From the NCBI GenBank assembly GCA_963675595.2, contig CAXXLZ010000001.1, positions 1 to 64,000 of the forward strand: a DNA stretch of 64,000 nucleotides, written 5' to 3'. Positions 53,101-63,152 of this stretch are shown here, piece after piece. Under the pieces are notes generated by a model. It worked only from the letters and a program-made list of their open reading frames with translations, did no database searches and was not told where the DNA came from. Both the position numbers and the translations under genes were made by a program. This DNA is from Thermodesulfobacteriota bacterium (GTDB taxonomy: Bacteria > Desulfobacterota > Desulfarculia > JACQYL01). How positions within the stretch are numbered: position 1 is the stretch's first letter; every line of letters begins with the position of its first letter.

Positions 53101-53880
53101 CAGATTGAACAAGTCATCATGAATCTGGCGGTGAATGCCCGCGACGCCATGCCCCAAGGGGGAATCCTCACGATAGAGACGGCGGAAGTGCAACTTGATG
53201 AGGAATATATGCAGCTGCACGTGGATGTGACTCCCGGTCCTCACGTCATGCTCGCGTTGTCGGACAACGGTTGCGGCATGGACGAGAAGACGAAACGTAG
53301 GCTTTTCGAACCCTTTTTCACCACAAAGGGCAAGGGAAAAGGAACAGGGCTGGGGCTGGCCATGGTTTATGGTATCGTCAAACAATCCGGCGGCAGCATT
53401 CGAGTCTATAGCGAACCGGGAGAAGGCACCACTTTCAAGATTTATCTCCCCCGCGTGGAAGCCGAGGCGCTCTCGAAGCCTAAGTCGCCGTCCCGCGCGG
53501 GGCGAGGAGGAGGCGAGCTGGTGATGGTGGTGGAGGACGAAGATTCCTTACGGGATCTCTTCGGTAAAATGTTGGAGAACCTCGGTTATCGCGTGATTGC
53601 GGCCGCCAACGGAGCCGAGGCGTTGTCACTTTTTGAAGAGCGCGAAGTTCGCCCCGACCTGCTTCTGACGGACGTGGTCATGCCCGGCATGAGCGGATCC
53701 CTCCTGGCCGAACGCCTCCAAAGCATGCAACCCGAGTTGAGAGTGATTTATATGTCCGGCTACACGGACGATACCATCGTTCACCACGGCGTACTGGATC
53801 CGGGTACTCCTTTTCTGCAGAAGCCCTTTGCCGGCAGCGACCTTGCCGCCAAGATCAAGGAGTTGATGAGCGAGAAGTAG
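50149..53880 (+). CDS. Membrane hybrid histidine kinase (TM/Cache-PAS-GAF-HisKA-HATPase-REC)
   Basis: [29 protein letters not shown] and [10 protein letters not shown] motifs. Confidence 0.95.
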   Translation: [1243 protein letters not shown]

Positions 53881-54153
53881 TGACTCCCGCCTGTGCCCGA
53901 GTTTCCGATCGGCACCGGCTGTAGGATTGTATGAGGCCGAAGGGAGTCGGCGGACGGCCAAAACCACGATATTTCGAACGGATTTTCCGAATTTCAGGGA
54001 GATGGAACCACCCTGAATCCCGCCACAAGCCGGAAAGAGAAAATCAGATAAGGCTTCGCTTACAACCGCTTGCGCATGTTTCGTGTGATCCCCGATAATT
54101 ATCTAGTTCATATACTGGCCGCTATACGTTCGATCCTATTCAAAGGAGTCGTC

Positions 54154-55383
54154 ATGCAAAAAAGACTCGGATTGTTTGGTTCGGTGGTGGTTGTGTTCTT
54201 CTTTAGCGTGTTGTTCGGTCCGGTTTGTGCCGGCGCCGAAACCGCAAACATGCTCTCGTTGCAGCAGGGCGCCCTTACCGTGAGCGTTCCTGCCTCTTAC
54301 GGTGGCTGGTATGCGGAGAGCATGCTGGATGAGAGTGCGCACACGGGGTGGGCTTGTGAATCGGGTCATATTCGGGACAACGTATTTGTGTTCGAGCTTG
54401 TGCGGGAGACCGTGCTTGACCGTTTCGAGTTCGACAATGCCTCCGTGGACGCGGAGGGCGCCGGAGCCAAAGACGTCTTGGTGGAGGTTTCAAATACTTC
54501 CCCCGAGTCCGGGTTTGTACCCGTGGTCCAGGCCACCCTGGCCGACCTGACCGACGGACAGAGCTTTGAGGCGACAAGAAAGTCTCCGGCTCGATGGATA
54601 AGACTCACGATCCGGAATAACCATGGGAATCCGGAATGGACGGAGCTCTTCTCTTTCAGAGGATTCGGCGAAAAGCCGGCTCCCGGTGCTCAAGGGGACA
54701 TCTCAGGGACCTACGAGAGCAGCTATGCCCTGTTTCATGTTCGCCAACAGGGGACCGCGTTGACCGGCTGCTACGAGTATGACGAGGGACTTCTGGACGG
54801 GGCGGTGGAGGGCCGGATCATGAAGATCACCTGGCATGAAAACGGAGGCCCCGATGATCTGGGACCGGCCGTCATGGTGTTCGCGCCGGACGGGAAATCA
54901 TTTAGAGGGTTCTGGTGGTACCGAGGCCAGGAAAAGGGCGCTCCCAACGGGACTTGGGATGGAAAGAAGGTCTCCGGCGAGGTAGGGTCCTGTCCCCATT
55001 GGTCCGGTTCCGTGGGCGGTGAAATCGAGAAGCAACTGGTCGCCGAGAAGAGGGCCAGGATTTACGGAATTCTCTTCGACTTCAACTCCGCGGAAATCCG
55101 GCCGGAATCGAAACCTGTTCTGGACGAGGTGCTTGAACTCCTGAAGAAAGAACCAGACTGGAGTTTGACCATTGAAGGACATACCGACTCAATCGGCTCC
55201 GACACGGATAACCTGGTTCTCTCTCGGCGACGCGCCGAGTCGGTGAAAGCCTATCTGACTGCCTCGGGTGTGAATGAAAACCGACTCAAATCCGTGGGAA
55301 AAGGAGAATCCGAACCCGTGGCCGATAATGACACGGAACTGGGACGCGCCCGGAACCGAAGGGTCGAGTTGGTCCGGGAATAG
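54154..55383 (+). CDS. Secreted OmpA-family protein with N-terminal discoidin/galactose-binding-like domain
   Basis: ILFDFNSA, IEGHTDS and RARNRRVE motifs; ARWIRLTIRNNHG. Confidence 0.88.
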   Translation: MQKRLGLFGSVVVVFFFSVLFGPVCAGAETANMLSLQQGALTVSVPASYGGWYAESMLDESAHTGWACESGHIRDNVFVFELVRETVLDRFEFDNASVDAEGAGAKDVLVEVSNTSPESGFVPVVQATLADLTDGQSFEATRKSPARWIRLTIRNNHGNPEWTELFSFRGFGEKPAPGAQGDISGTYESSYALFHVRQQGTALTGCYEYDEGLLDGAVEGRIMKITWHENGGPDDLGPAVMVFAPDGKSFRGFWWYRGQEKGAPNGTWDGKKVSGEVGSCPHWSGSVGGEIEKQLVAEKRARIYGILFDFNSAEIRPESKPVLDEVLELLKKEPDWSLTIEGHTDSIGSDTDNLVLSRRRAESVKAYLTASGVNENRLKSVGKGESEPVADNDTELGRARNRRVELVRE

Positions 55384-55621
55384 CTCCGACAACCGGGCGG
55401 GGCCGTGCGGAAGCGGGTGCGGTCGTTCGGCGCCGGACCTGTATGAAGTCAATAGCCTCTTCATGGACGACTCCATTCGTGGGTGGAATCGAGACGTTAA
55501 TGGCTTGCCCGCATCGGAGAGGACATGGACCTTGATCTTCAGCTTTCGGTGGACGGTTGGGAACAGGCGACGTTAATTCAAGCCTTCTTCCAAACATAGC
55601 GCCGACGGATAGAGACAAAAC

Positions 55622-56464
55622 ATGGAGAAAAATTCCAACGTGTTGTATCGAGAAGAGTTTCCCCGATCCAATGCCTACGACCTCTCTTGGATCATGGAAC
55701 ATCAGATGGGACCCAATCCCCTGTGGCTTGTGGAATGGCTCAGCCAAAAAATGGATCTGCAGCCCGGAATGCGGGTGCTGGATCTGGGGTGCGGCACGGC
55801 GCTAACCAGTATTTTTCTGGCCCGTGAATTCGCCGTCGACGTGTGGGCTGCGGATCTTTGGGTGCACCAGGACGACAACTGGACGCGCATTCGGGAGGCA
55901 GGACAAGGCCGGCGGGTTTATCCCATGAGGGCCGAAGCGCACTCCTTGCCTTTTGCGGAGGCTTTCTTTGACGCCGTCATCAGTATTGACGCGTATCAAT
56001 ATTTCGGCACCGACGAACTCTACCTGTCATATGTGAGCCGTTTCCTCCGGCCCGAAGGAAGAATCGGCGTGGTGATACCCGGACTCATGAGGCCCATGGA
56101 AGACGGAGTTCCTCAGCACCTGTGCCGTAAGCAATCCAACGGGGCGGTGTTCTGGGAGGAGTCCTGCAACTGTTTCCTGACGTCCGACCGGTGGCGGGCC
56201 CTTTGGAGCCGGTGCGGAAGCGTTCGGCTGGAAACGGTGGACGAACTTGCGGAGGGGTGGAGGCACTGGCGCGATTTCGAGATCGAGCTGGAACGGTCCG
56301 GAAAGAACCGATTTCCCTCTCCGGCGGAAACCCTTGATGAAGACCGGGGGAGATATGTGGGATTTATTCGCCTTACGGCCCGGAAGCAAGCCGAAAGCGA
56401 ACTCCTCAATCTGTATGATCCGGACATCATATCCAGGCTGAATAAACCGACGACTCCTTCCTGA
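55622..56464 (+). CDS. Class I SAM-dependent methyltransferase
   Basis: MGPNPLWL, VLDLGCGTALTS and LPFAEAFFDAV motifs. Confidence 0.9.
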   Translation: MEKNSNVLYREEFPRSNAYDLSWIMEHQMGPNPLWLVEWLSQKMDLQPGMRVLDLGCGTALTSIFLAREFAVDVWAADLWVHQDDNWTRIREAGQGRRVYPMRAEAHSLPFAEAFFDAVISIDAYQYFGTDELYLSYVSRFLRPEGRIGVVIPGLMRPMEDGVPQHLCRKQSNGAVFWEESCNCFLTSDRWRALWSRCGSVRLETVDELAEGWRHWRDFEIELERSGKNRFPSPAETLDEDRGRYVGFIRLTARKQAESELLNLYDPDIISRLNKPTTPS

Positions 56465-56898
56465 CGCCCGGTGCCGATACGGACGCGACCATTACCGGGG
56501 GTAGGGTTCAAAGGACCCGTGCCCCCGTTGCCGTTTCGTTCTCTTCTCCTCCGGAAAGTCGATCCTGCCGGGGCGGCAACCGAATTACGCGAGTTTCCCA
56601 GTGATCCGGAAGTCTGCTGTATGCCCTCACTCCGGCCGCTGCGCGGCGATTAGCCGAGGGTGTTCCATGCACGCTTCATTTTTGACAAGCCGACCGAAAC
56701 ATTTCAAAATCACAAAGACAACGACGGTGGGCAACCCCGCAAGTTCGTACTCGAATATCCGGACGTTATCCGTCAGGCAGTGGAACAGCTTTGTTGCTGC
56801 AGGCTGTTGAGAAACGCGATCTGCGGCGTTGCGCTCGCGGATCGATGATATCGCAACTTCAAGGCAGGAATCGGATTTGTGATATTTGTGGAGAAAAG

Positions 56899-59800
56899 AT
56901 GAAGCGTACAACAAAATCCATAATAAAAAATAGAATAGCTGCCAAGTTCCAGCCTAATGACATTTATCAATGGAGGTCATGGCTGGTAAATACAATGCTT
57001 CTGATCGGGATTGTTGGGTTTCCCTTATCATTTATTTTTACATTTCCAGTATTCATAAGTGAAGGTCTGTATTGGCTTATTGTAATTGATTCTGTTGTAT
57101 ATGGAGCAATATTAATACATTATTTTGCAGAGGGGTTATCGTACTGGGGAAGAGGGCTCCTTTCGATGGCCGTCGTCTACATGATGGCGATCTCCTTTCA
57201 TGTGGCGCTCGGCCCACATTATGCCAGACCGGTATGGTTGGTCTTGGGCGCCGTAATGGCGGCCCTGCTCTTTGGTGTTCGGGCCGCCGTATCGGCGGTC
57301 GTGTTCAATATGATGATTCTCATGGGTCTTTACTGGGCGATGGGGCCGGAACGCATCGGCTGGGAGGATGTTTACCGGGCACCTTTCGCCCAGTGGATTA
57401 TGTTTGTTGTGAATTCAGCCATTATTACCTTGGCGTGCGCGTTGCCCGTCGGTTTTCTGCTTAACAAACTCGACATTTCGATGAGGCGGCAGCGAATCGC
57501 GGCGGAAGGTTTGTTGGGCGAGGCGGAGAAGCTCCGAGCGGCCCACGAGGCCCTGCAGAGGGAAACCGTGGGGCGAGAGGGGGCGGAGCTGAAATTAAGG
57601 GACAGTGAGCGAAAATTCAGGAACCTGGTGGAGAATCTCAATGAAGGGATCTACTCACTGGATGAAGAGGGGGTTTTCCGTTACATCAACCCTGCCGTCA
57701 AGAGGATTCTGGGGTACGGGGAATCGGAGATTGTCGGACGGCGATTCTCCGATTTCGTACCTGCCGAGGTCATGGATTCCCAAAAAGACCTTACGCAAGG
57801 GACGGCCTTCCCTCCCATCGGAAGCCGGGAATTCAGGATTTTGCACGAAGACGGGACAACGCGTTGGGTTCGGAACTCCACGCGCACGGTCTCCGAAGGT
57901 AATGCGATCGTCGGTCGAGAGGGGGTCATTTTTGACATCACCGAACGAAAACAGGCCGAGGGAGCCATTCAGGGCGCCAACGAAAAGTACGCCATATTGT
58001 TTGAAAATGCGGGTGACGGGATCTTTATCGTCCAGGATGACAGGATCAGATTTCCCAATCCGAGAGCTCTCGAACTAACGGAATACTCAAGAGAAGAATT
58101 GAGGGAGAAGACCCTGTCCGAGATTCTTCGTCCCATGGAACGGGAGACGGACTTCACCGAGCAAGAGACGGAATCCGCGGCGGGCATCGGTCCTCCGACC
58201 TTCACGCACAGGCTGATCGGGAAAAGCGGGAGAGAAATTTGGGTTGAGCGGAGTTCGATCAACATTACTTGGGACGGGCGACCGGCGAGCTTGAATTTCA
58301 TTCGCGACATCACACTGAGGAAAGCGGCGGAGGAACGATTGAAAGTCAGCGAGAGGCTGTTCAGAGACATATTCGATGCCTCGTTCGACGGCATTTTCAT
58401 TCATGATGCGGGCAAGATTATCGACATGAACGTCAAGGCATCGCTGGAATTGGGGTTCACAAAAGAGGAACTGCTCGACGAACCCATTGTCAATCTTGTC
58501 GCCAGGGAGGATCTGGAGGCGACCCTGGAACGCCTCAGAATGGTCACTGAACGTCCGGAGCTCGAATATGGCGGGGCGGAAGCCAGACTCCTGAGAAAGG
58601 ACGGCACCAAGGTTCACGTCGAATATTTCAGCAGATCGACGTTCTATGAAGGTAGAGACGCGCGAATCATCGCCTTCAGAGACATTAGTGATCGTAAACG
58701 GACGGAGAACGCTCTCAGGCAGAGTGAGTCGCGCTATCGCAGCCTGTTCGAGTCGGCCCATGACGCCATCTTCATTTTGAAGGGCGATCGATTCGTCGAC
58801 TGCAATCCCAAAACGTTGGACGTATTCGGAGTCTCCTTGCAGGAGATCATCGGCCGTTCTCCGTATGATTTTTCTCCCCCTCGCCAACCGGACGGGAAGC
58901 CCTCCAAAGAGGCGGCACTGGAAAGAATCCGAGCGGCGTACGCCGGCGAACCCCAGTTCTTTGAGTGGAAGCACACGAAGCGGGACGGTGTCGCCTTCGA
59001 TGCGGAGGTGACTCTACACATGATTGATCAAGCCGAGGGGGTTGTTCTCCAATGCATGCTGCGCGACATTTCGGAGCGAAAGAAAGCGGAACAAGCACTC
59101 AGGGAAAGTGAAGAGAGATACAGGAATATATTCGAACGGGCCGCGGTGGGCATTGTTAATGTGAATTTGCAGGGGAGACTGACCTTCGTTAATCAGAAGT
59201 TCTGTGATATGTTGGGGTATACTGCTGAAGAACTATTGGCCTTGGACTTGCGGCATGTTACTCACTCGGAAGATTTGCCGGAATCGCATCGTAGAGTGGC
59301 TGATCTGCTTTCCGGAAAGAGTCGGGATGCTTTTCAGCAAAAACGTTATGTGCGGAAAGACGGCTCCATTGTTTGGGCGAACACATCCGGAAGCATGCTC
59401 ACCGACGAGTCGGGTAAGCCGAAGTTCCTGGTCGGAATTATAGAAGACATCACGGATCAGAAACAATTGGAGTCAAGAGTTCGGCAGAGCCAGAAGATGG
59501 AGGCCATCGGCACGCTGGCGGGAGGCATTGCTCATGATTTTAACAACATCTTGACCTCGGTATTGGGCTTCACGGAACTCGCAAAGATGAAACTCGGCAT
59601 GGGAAAGAACTTGGACAACGAGCTGGACGAAGTCATGAATGCCGGTTTCAGGGCGAGAGACCTGGTCAAGCAGATATTGGCGTTCAGTCGTCGAACCGAT
59701 ATTGAAAAGGGACCCATCGCAATTCGTTCCTTGATCAAGGAGTCGGTAAAGTTCCTTAAATCTTCTTTGCCTTCCACCATTGAGATCAGGTATGACATGG

Positions 59801-60618
59801 GGGGATCCGACGCGACCGTTATGGCGGACCCCACGCAGCTTCATCAAATTCTCATGAATCTCTGCACCAATGCCGCACACGCCATGAAGGACGAGGGCGG
59901 AGTGCTCGACTTGCGATTGGAGGAAGTCGAAATAGGGGGACTGGAAAGCCTCCAACACAAAAAATTGAAAAGTGGAAAGTATTTCCGGCTTACCGTATCC
60001 GATACCGGCCATGGTATCCGAGAAGAGTTCATTGAAAAGGTTTTTGATCCGTTCTTCACCACAAAACCACGTGGGGAAGGGACCGGACTCGGACTTTCCG
60101 TGGTCCACGGCATCGTAACGGATATGGGGGGCGCCGTCTCCGTGGAAAGCACTCCGGGGCAGGGCGCCGTATTCACCGTCCTGCTTCCTTTCAATGAAGC
60201 CGCGGCCCTCGAACAGGTATCCGCACATCCGGCCCCCCCAAAAGGCAAGGGCGGGGTTCTTCTTGTCGACGATGAGAAGGCGATCCTCGAGTCGGGGCGC
60301 GGCGTACTTGAGCATCTCGGATATGAGGTGACCACGGCAAACGGCAGCCTCGAAGCCTTGGATATTTTCCGGGCAAAACCGGATGCATTCGATCTTGTTC
60401 TGACCGATATGACCATGCCCAAAATGACCGGTCTCGAATTGGCCAAGCAACTGCTGAGCACCAGGCCGGACATTCCCATCGTGCTGTGCACCGGTTTCAG
60501 CGAGGGGCTGACTCCGGATTCGATCCGGGATATAGGTATCCGGGATATGATCATGAAACCGATGATCGGCGACGAGCTGGCGGTAACCCTTGCAAGAGCC
60601 CTGAAGGACCGCGAGTAA
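56899..60618 (+). CDS. Membrane multi-PAS hybrid histidine kinase
   Basis: N-terminal TM bundle, about five PAS/PAC repeats, QSQKMEAIGTLAGGIAHDFNN and a REC domain. Confidence 0.95.
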   Translation: MKRTTKSIIKNRIAAKFQPNDIYQWRSWLVNTMLLIGIVGFPLSFIFTFPVFISEGLYWLIVIDSVVYGAILIHYFAEGLSYWGRGLLSMAVVYMMAISFHVALGPHYARPVWLVLGAVMAALLFGVRAAVSAVVFNMMILMGLYWAMGPERIGWEDVYRAPFAQWIMFVVNSAIITLACALPVGFLLNKLDISMRRQRIAAEGLLGEAEKLRAAHEALQRETVGREGAELKLRDSERKFRNLVENLNEGIYSLDEEGVFRYINPAVKRILGYGESEIVGRRFSDFVPAEVMDSQKDLTQGTAFPPIGSREFRILHEDGTTRWVRNSTRTVSEGNAIVGREGVIFDITERKQAEGAIQGANEKYAILFENAGDGIFIVQDDRIRFPNPRALELTEYSREELREKTLSEILRPMERETDFTEQETESAAGIGPPTFTHRLIGKSGREIWVERSSINITWDGRPASLNFIRDITLRKAAEERLKVSERLFRDIFDASFDGIFIHDAGKIIDMNVKASLELGFTKEELLDEPIVNLVAREDLEATLERLRMVTERPELEYGGAEARLLRKDGTKVHVEYFSRSTFYEGRDARIIAFRDISDRKRTENALRQSESRYRSLFESAHDAIFILKGDRFVDCNPKTLDVFGVSLQEIIGRSPYDFSPPRQPDGKPSKEAALERIRAAYAGEPQFFEWKHTKRDGVAFDAEVTLHMIDQAEGVVLQCMLRDISERKKAEQALRESEERYRNIFERAAVGIVNVNLQGRLTFVNQKFCDMLGYTAEELLALDLRHVTHSEDLPESHRRVADLLSGKSRDAFQQKRYVRKDGSIVWANTSGSMLTDESGKPKFLVGIIEDITDQKQLESRVRQSQKMEAIGTLAGGIAHDFNNILTSVLGFTELAKMKLGMGKNLDNELDEVMNAGFRARDLVKQILAFSRRTDIEKGPIAIRSLIKESVKFLKSSLPSTIEIRYDMGGSDATVMADPTQLHQILMNLCTNAAHAMKDEGGVLDLRLEEVEIGGLESLQHKKLKSGKYFRLTVSDTGHGIREEFIEKVFDPFFTTKPRGEGTGLGLSVVHGIVTDMGGAVSVESTPGQGAVFTVLLPFNEAAALEQVSAHPAPPKGKGGVLLVDDEKAILESGRGVLEHLGYEVTTANGSLEALDIFRAKPDAFDLVLTDMTMPKMTGLELAKQLLSTRPDIPIVLCTGFSEGLTPDSIRDIGIRDMIMKPMIGDELAVTLARALKDRE

Positions 60619-60767
60619 TCGGTTGCTCGATCAGACGGCCCACGGCGCTGTGTTTGAAACCCGTACCCTATGCGAATCGGGCTCTTCGGCATTGGGGCGC
60701 CCGGCATGCCCCGCTTTTTAGCGGTCTGTCCCAACAGGACTTATTCAACGTGCCGATAAGATAAGAT

Positions 60768-62183
60768 ATGGCCAAGATACTGATTCTGGACGATGATTCG
60801 AAGATTTGCCTGTTTCTTTCCCAGATGAGCGAGAGTCTGGGATATGAAGCCTGCACCGCCAATACCCTGAAAGACGGCCTGAGACTGGCCAATGAAGGCG
60901 ACTACGATCTGATTCTTCTGGACCTGGAATTTCCGGAGGGAAACGGACTTCAGATTCTACCGGAGCTCCTGGCCGCGGCTTCCAGGCCGGAGGTGATCAT
61001 CATTACGGGAACCGGAGGTGTCGGGGGCGCGGAATTGGCTTTCAAATGCGGGGCCTGGGATTATGTGCAGAAACCTTTCGTCCTGCACGAAGTATCCTTG
61101 CCCATGACGCGGGCGCTGCAATACCGTCGCGAGAAGGAGATCGCACGGAAACCGTTGACATTCGATCGAATGGGGATTATCGGGAGTTCCCCCGCCCTTA
61201 ACAGCTGTCTGGAACTGGCTGCCAAAGCCTCGGTAACCGATGTCAGCGTCCTGATTACGGGAGAGACCGGTACCGGGAAAGAGCTCTTAGCCAGGGCCAT
61301 ACACGAGAACAGCAGGCGAGGGGCCGGAAATTTCATTACGGTGGATTGCGGGGCCTTGCCCGAAACACTCGTCGAGAGCATTCTATTCGGTCACGAAAGA
61401 GGCGCTTTTACCGGCGCCGATAAGAGGAGAGAAGGGCTCATCGTTCAAGCCGACGGGGGAACCCTTTTTTTCGACGAGATCGGCGAGCTTCCGCTGAATA
61501 CTCAGAGGACTCTCCTTCGTTGCCTCCAGGAAAGGCGGATTCTCCCGCTGGGCGCCAAGCAAGAGGTTGCCGTGGATTTCAGGTTGGTGGCGGCCACGAA
61601 CCGTAACCTCGAGAAACTGGTTGAGGCGGGAAGGTTTCGTGAAGACCTTCTGTATCGCATACGGGCTGTGGAGATCGAACTTCCGCCGCTTCGAACTCGG
61701 GCGGACGATATTCAGGAAATAGCGATCGGCAAAATCCACCAACTTGCCAAGCGATACGGCACCGCTACGAAGGGGATCTCACCCGAATTCCTGGAGCTTC
61801 TGACGGCTCACAAATGGCCCGGAAACATCCGGGAGTTGATCAACATTATAGAATACGCGTTGGCTCTGGCGGGTGAGGATCCCACGCTCCATCCCAAACA
61901 TCTGCCCCCCGAATATCGTACGGTCAAACTGGACGGCGCCTCACACGGAAGGACGTCGCAAGAAACGCACGTCGGGGACCCCACATGTGAGGAATCGGAC
62001 TTTCCGACCCTCACCGAATACCGCGACAGAATCGAGAAGACGTACCTTCAGATGCTCCTGGAAAAGAGCCGAGGCGACAGAAAAGAAGCTTGTCGACTGT
62101 CCGGTGTTTCTCAATCCCGCCTTTACGATCTGCTGAAAAAACATCAGCTGACCGGCTTTAGACTCCAGCCCATCCTCGACTAA
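60768..62183 (+). CDS. NtrC-family sigma-54-dependent response regulator
   Basis: REC domain, [22 protein letters not shown] and HTH. Confidence 0.95.
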   Translation: MAKILILDDDSKICLFLSQMSESLGYEACTANTLKDGLRLANEGDYDLILLDLEFPEGNGLQILPELLAAASRPEVIIITGTGGVGGAELAFKCGAWDYVQKPFVLHEVSLPMTRALQYRREKEIARKPLTFDRMGIIGSSPALNSCLELAAKASVTDVSVLITGETGTGKELLARAIHENSRRGAGNFITVDCGALPETLVESILFGHERGAFTGADKRREGLIVQADGGTLFFDEIGELPLNTQRTLLRCLQERRILPLGAKQEVAVDFRLVAATNRNLEKLVEAGRFREDLLYRIRAVEIELPPLRTRADDIQEIAIGKIHQLAKRYGTATKGISPEFLELLTAHKWPGNIRELINIIEYALALAGEDPTLHPKHLPPEYRTVKLDGASHGRTSQETHVGDPTCEESDFPTLTEYRDRIEKTYLQMLLEKSRGDRKEACRLSGVSQSRLYDLLKKHQLTGFRLQPILD

Positions 62184-62262
62184 GCTCCCTGCAAAAGCCC
62201 CCCCGGGGGCGGACCCAACCATCTTGTGAACGGGCGCAGCCCTTCACTCTCCAAAAAGAATG

Positions 62263-62410
62263 ATTCCGAATTCCAGGAAATCGGAAAAAAAGCCTTCCGA
62301 TTTTCCGGGAAAGAGGAGGATCGGGTTTTGTTATGCACTTGAGAAAATCGATCAATATGCTGAAATGAGATCGGATTTTCAAATACGTCCTGCTCGGCAC
62401 GCTAAATGCT
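62263..62410 (+). promoter_or_regulatory. Sigma-54 promoter with upstream enhancer-like sites
   Basis: CGGCACGCTAAATGCT (GG-N10-GC at 62396-62409); TTCCGAATTCCAGGAA and TTCCGATTTTCCGGAA about 100-130 bp upstream. Confidence 0.7.
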
Positions 62411-62482
62411 TAGGTGAGAATATGGGTGCGAAGTGCCCTGTCCAGACAATCCGATGGTCTGAAAGCGAGAGGTGGAGAAGGA

Positions 62483-62866
62483 ATGCAGGTATTGCTTTGT
62501 ACGGGAAACGGCGTTTGCAGAGCCTCCGAGCTGCTGAAGAAGGAAATCGAGACTCTGGTGCCCGCCGGTATGCTCGAAACAGTCAGCGGTGTAACGGACC
62601 TAATGGAGTATTTGAAGCGCCCGAGGCCGGGAAACAAGATCGTGATCCTTCTGGCGAGGGATGGTGAAGAACTTGAGCAGTACCTGTCCATTAAAAGCAT
62701 GATCATCGATCTTCCATTGGTGCTGATCCTTCCCGATTTGGGAAAGAATACAATAAGTAGGGCGTGCAGGCTGTACCCTAGATTCATGAGTTATATTGAG
62801 AGCAATTTTATGGACGTGGCCACCGTTGTGAGACAAATGTTAATTAAGACCAGAGTAATCTGCTGA
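62483..62866 (+). CDS. Hypothetical protein with degenerate receiver-like alpha/beta pattern
   Basis: GGAGAAGG RBS; LPLVLILPD..ACRLYPRFMSY. Confidence 0.6.
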   Translation: MQVLLCTGNGVCRASELLKKEIETLVPAGMLETVSGVTDLMEYLKRPRPGNKIVILLARDGEELEQYLSIKSMIIDLPLVLILPDLGKNTISRACRLYPRFMSYIESNFMDVATVVRQMLIKTRVIC

Positions 62867-63152
62867 CATATGGAAAACGCATGAATATGTCCCGATGAGT
62901 ACTTGCGGAGCAAGAACTATGCATGCCTTCAATGCGTTAATGTGGAATGTTGGTTATCCGAAAGTAAGAGAGGGTGACGCATTAAGCTTCGAAATTTTGG
63001 GTGGAAGACATACGGTATATATGGCTGGACAGAGAGTCTGGTAGTAATTTAGTGAAAAATGATCTTTCAGAATTATAGTCTGTTATCGTGGCGATTTAGT
63101 CGAATAAATAGATATCCATGCGACGTAACGGGTGGAAAGGAGAAACATAGAG

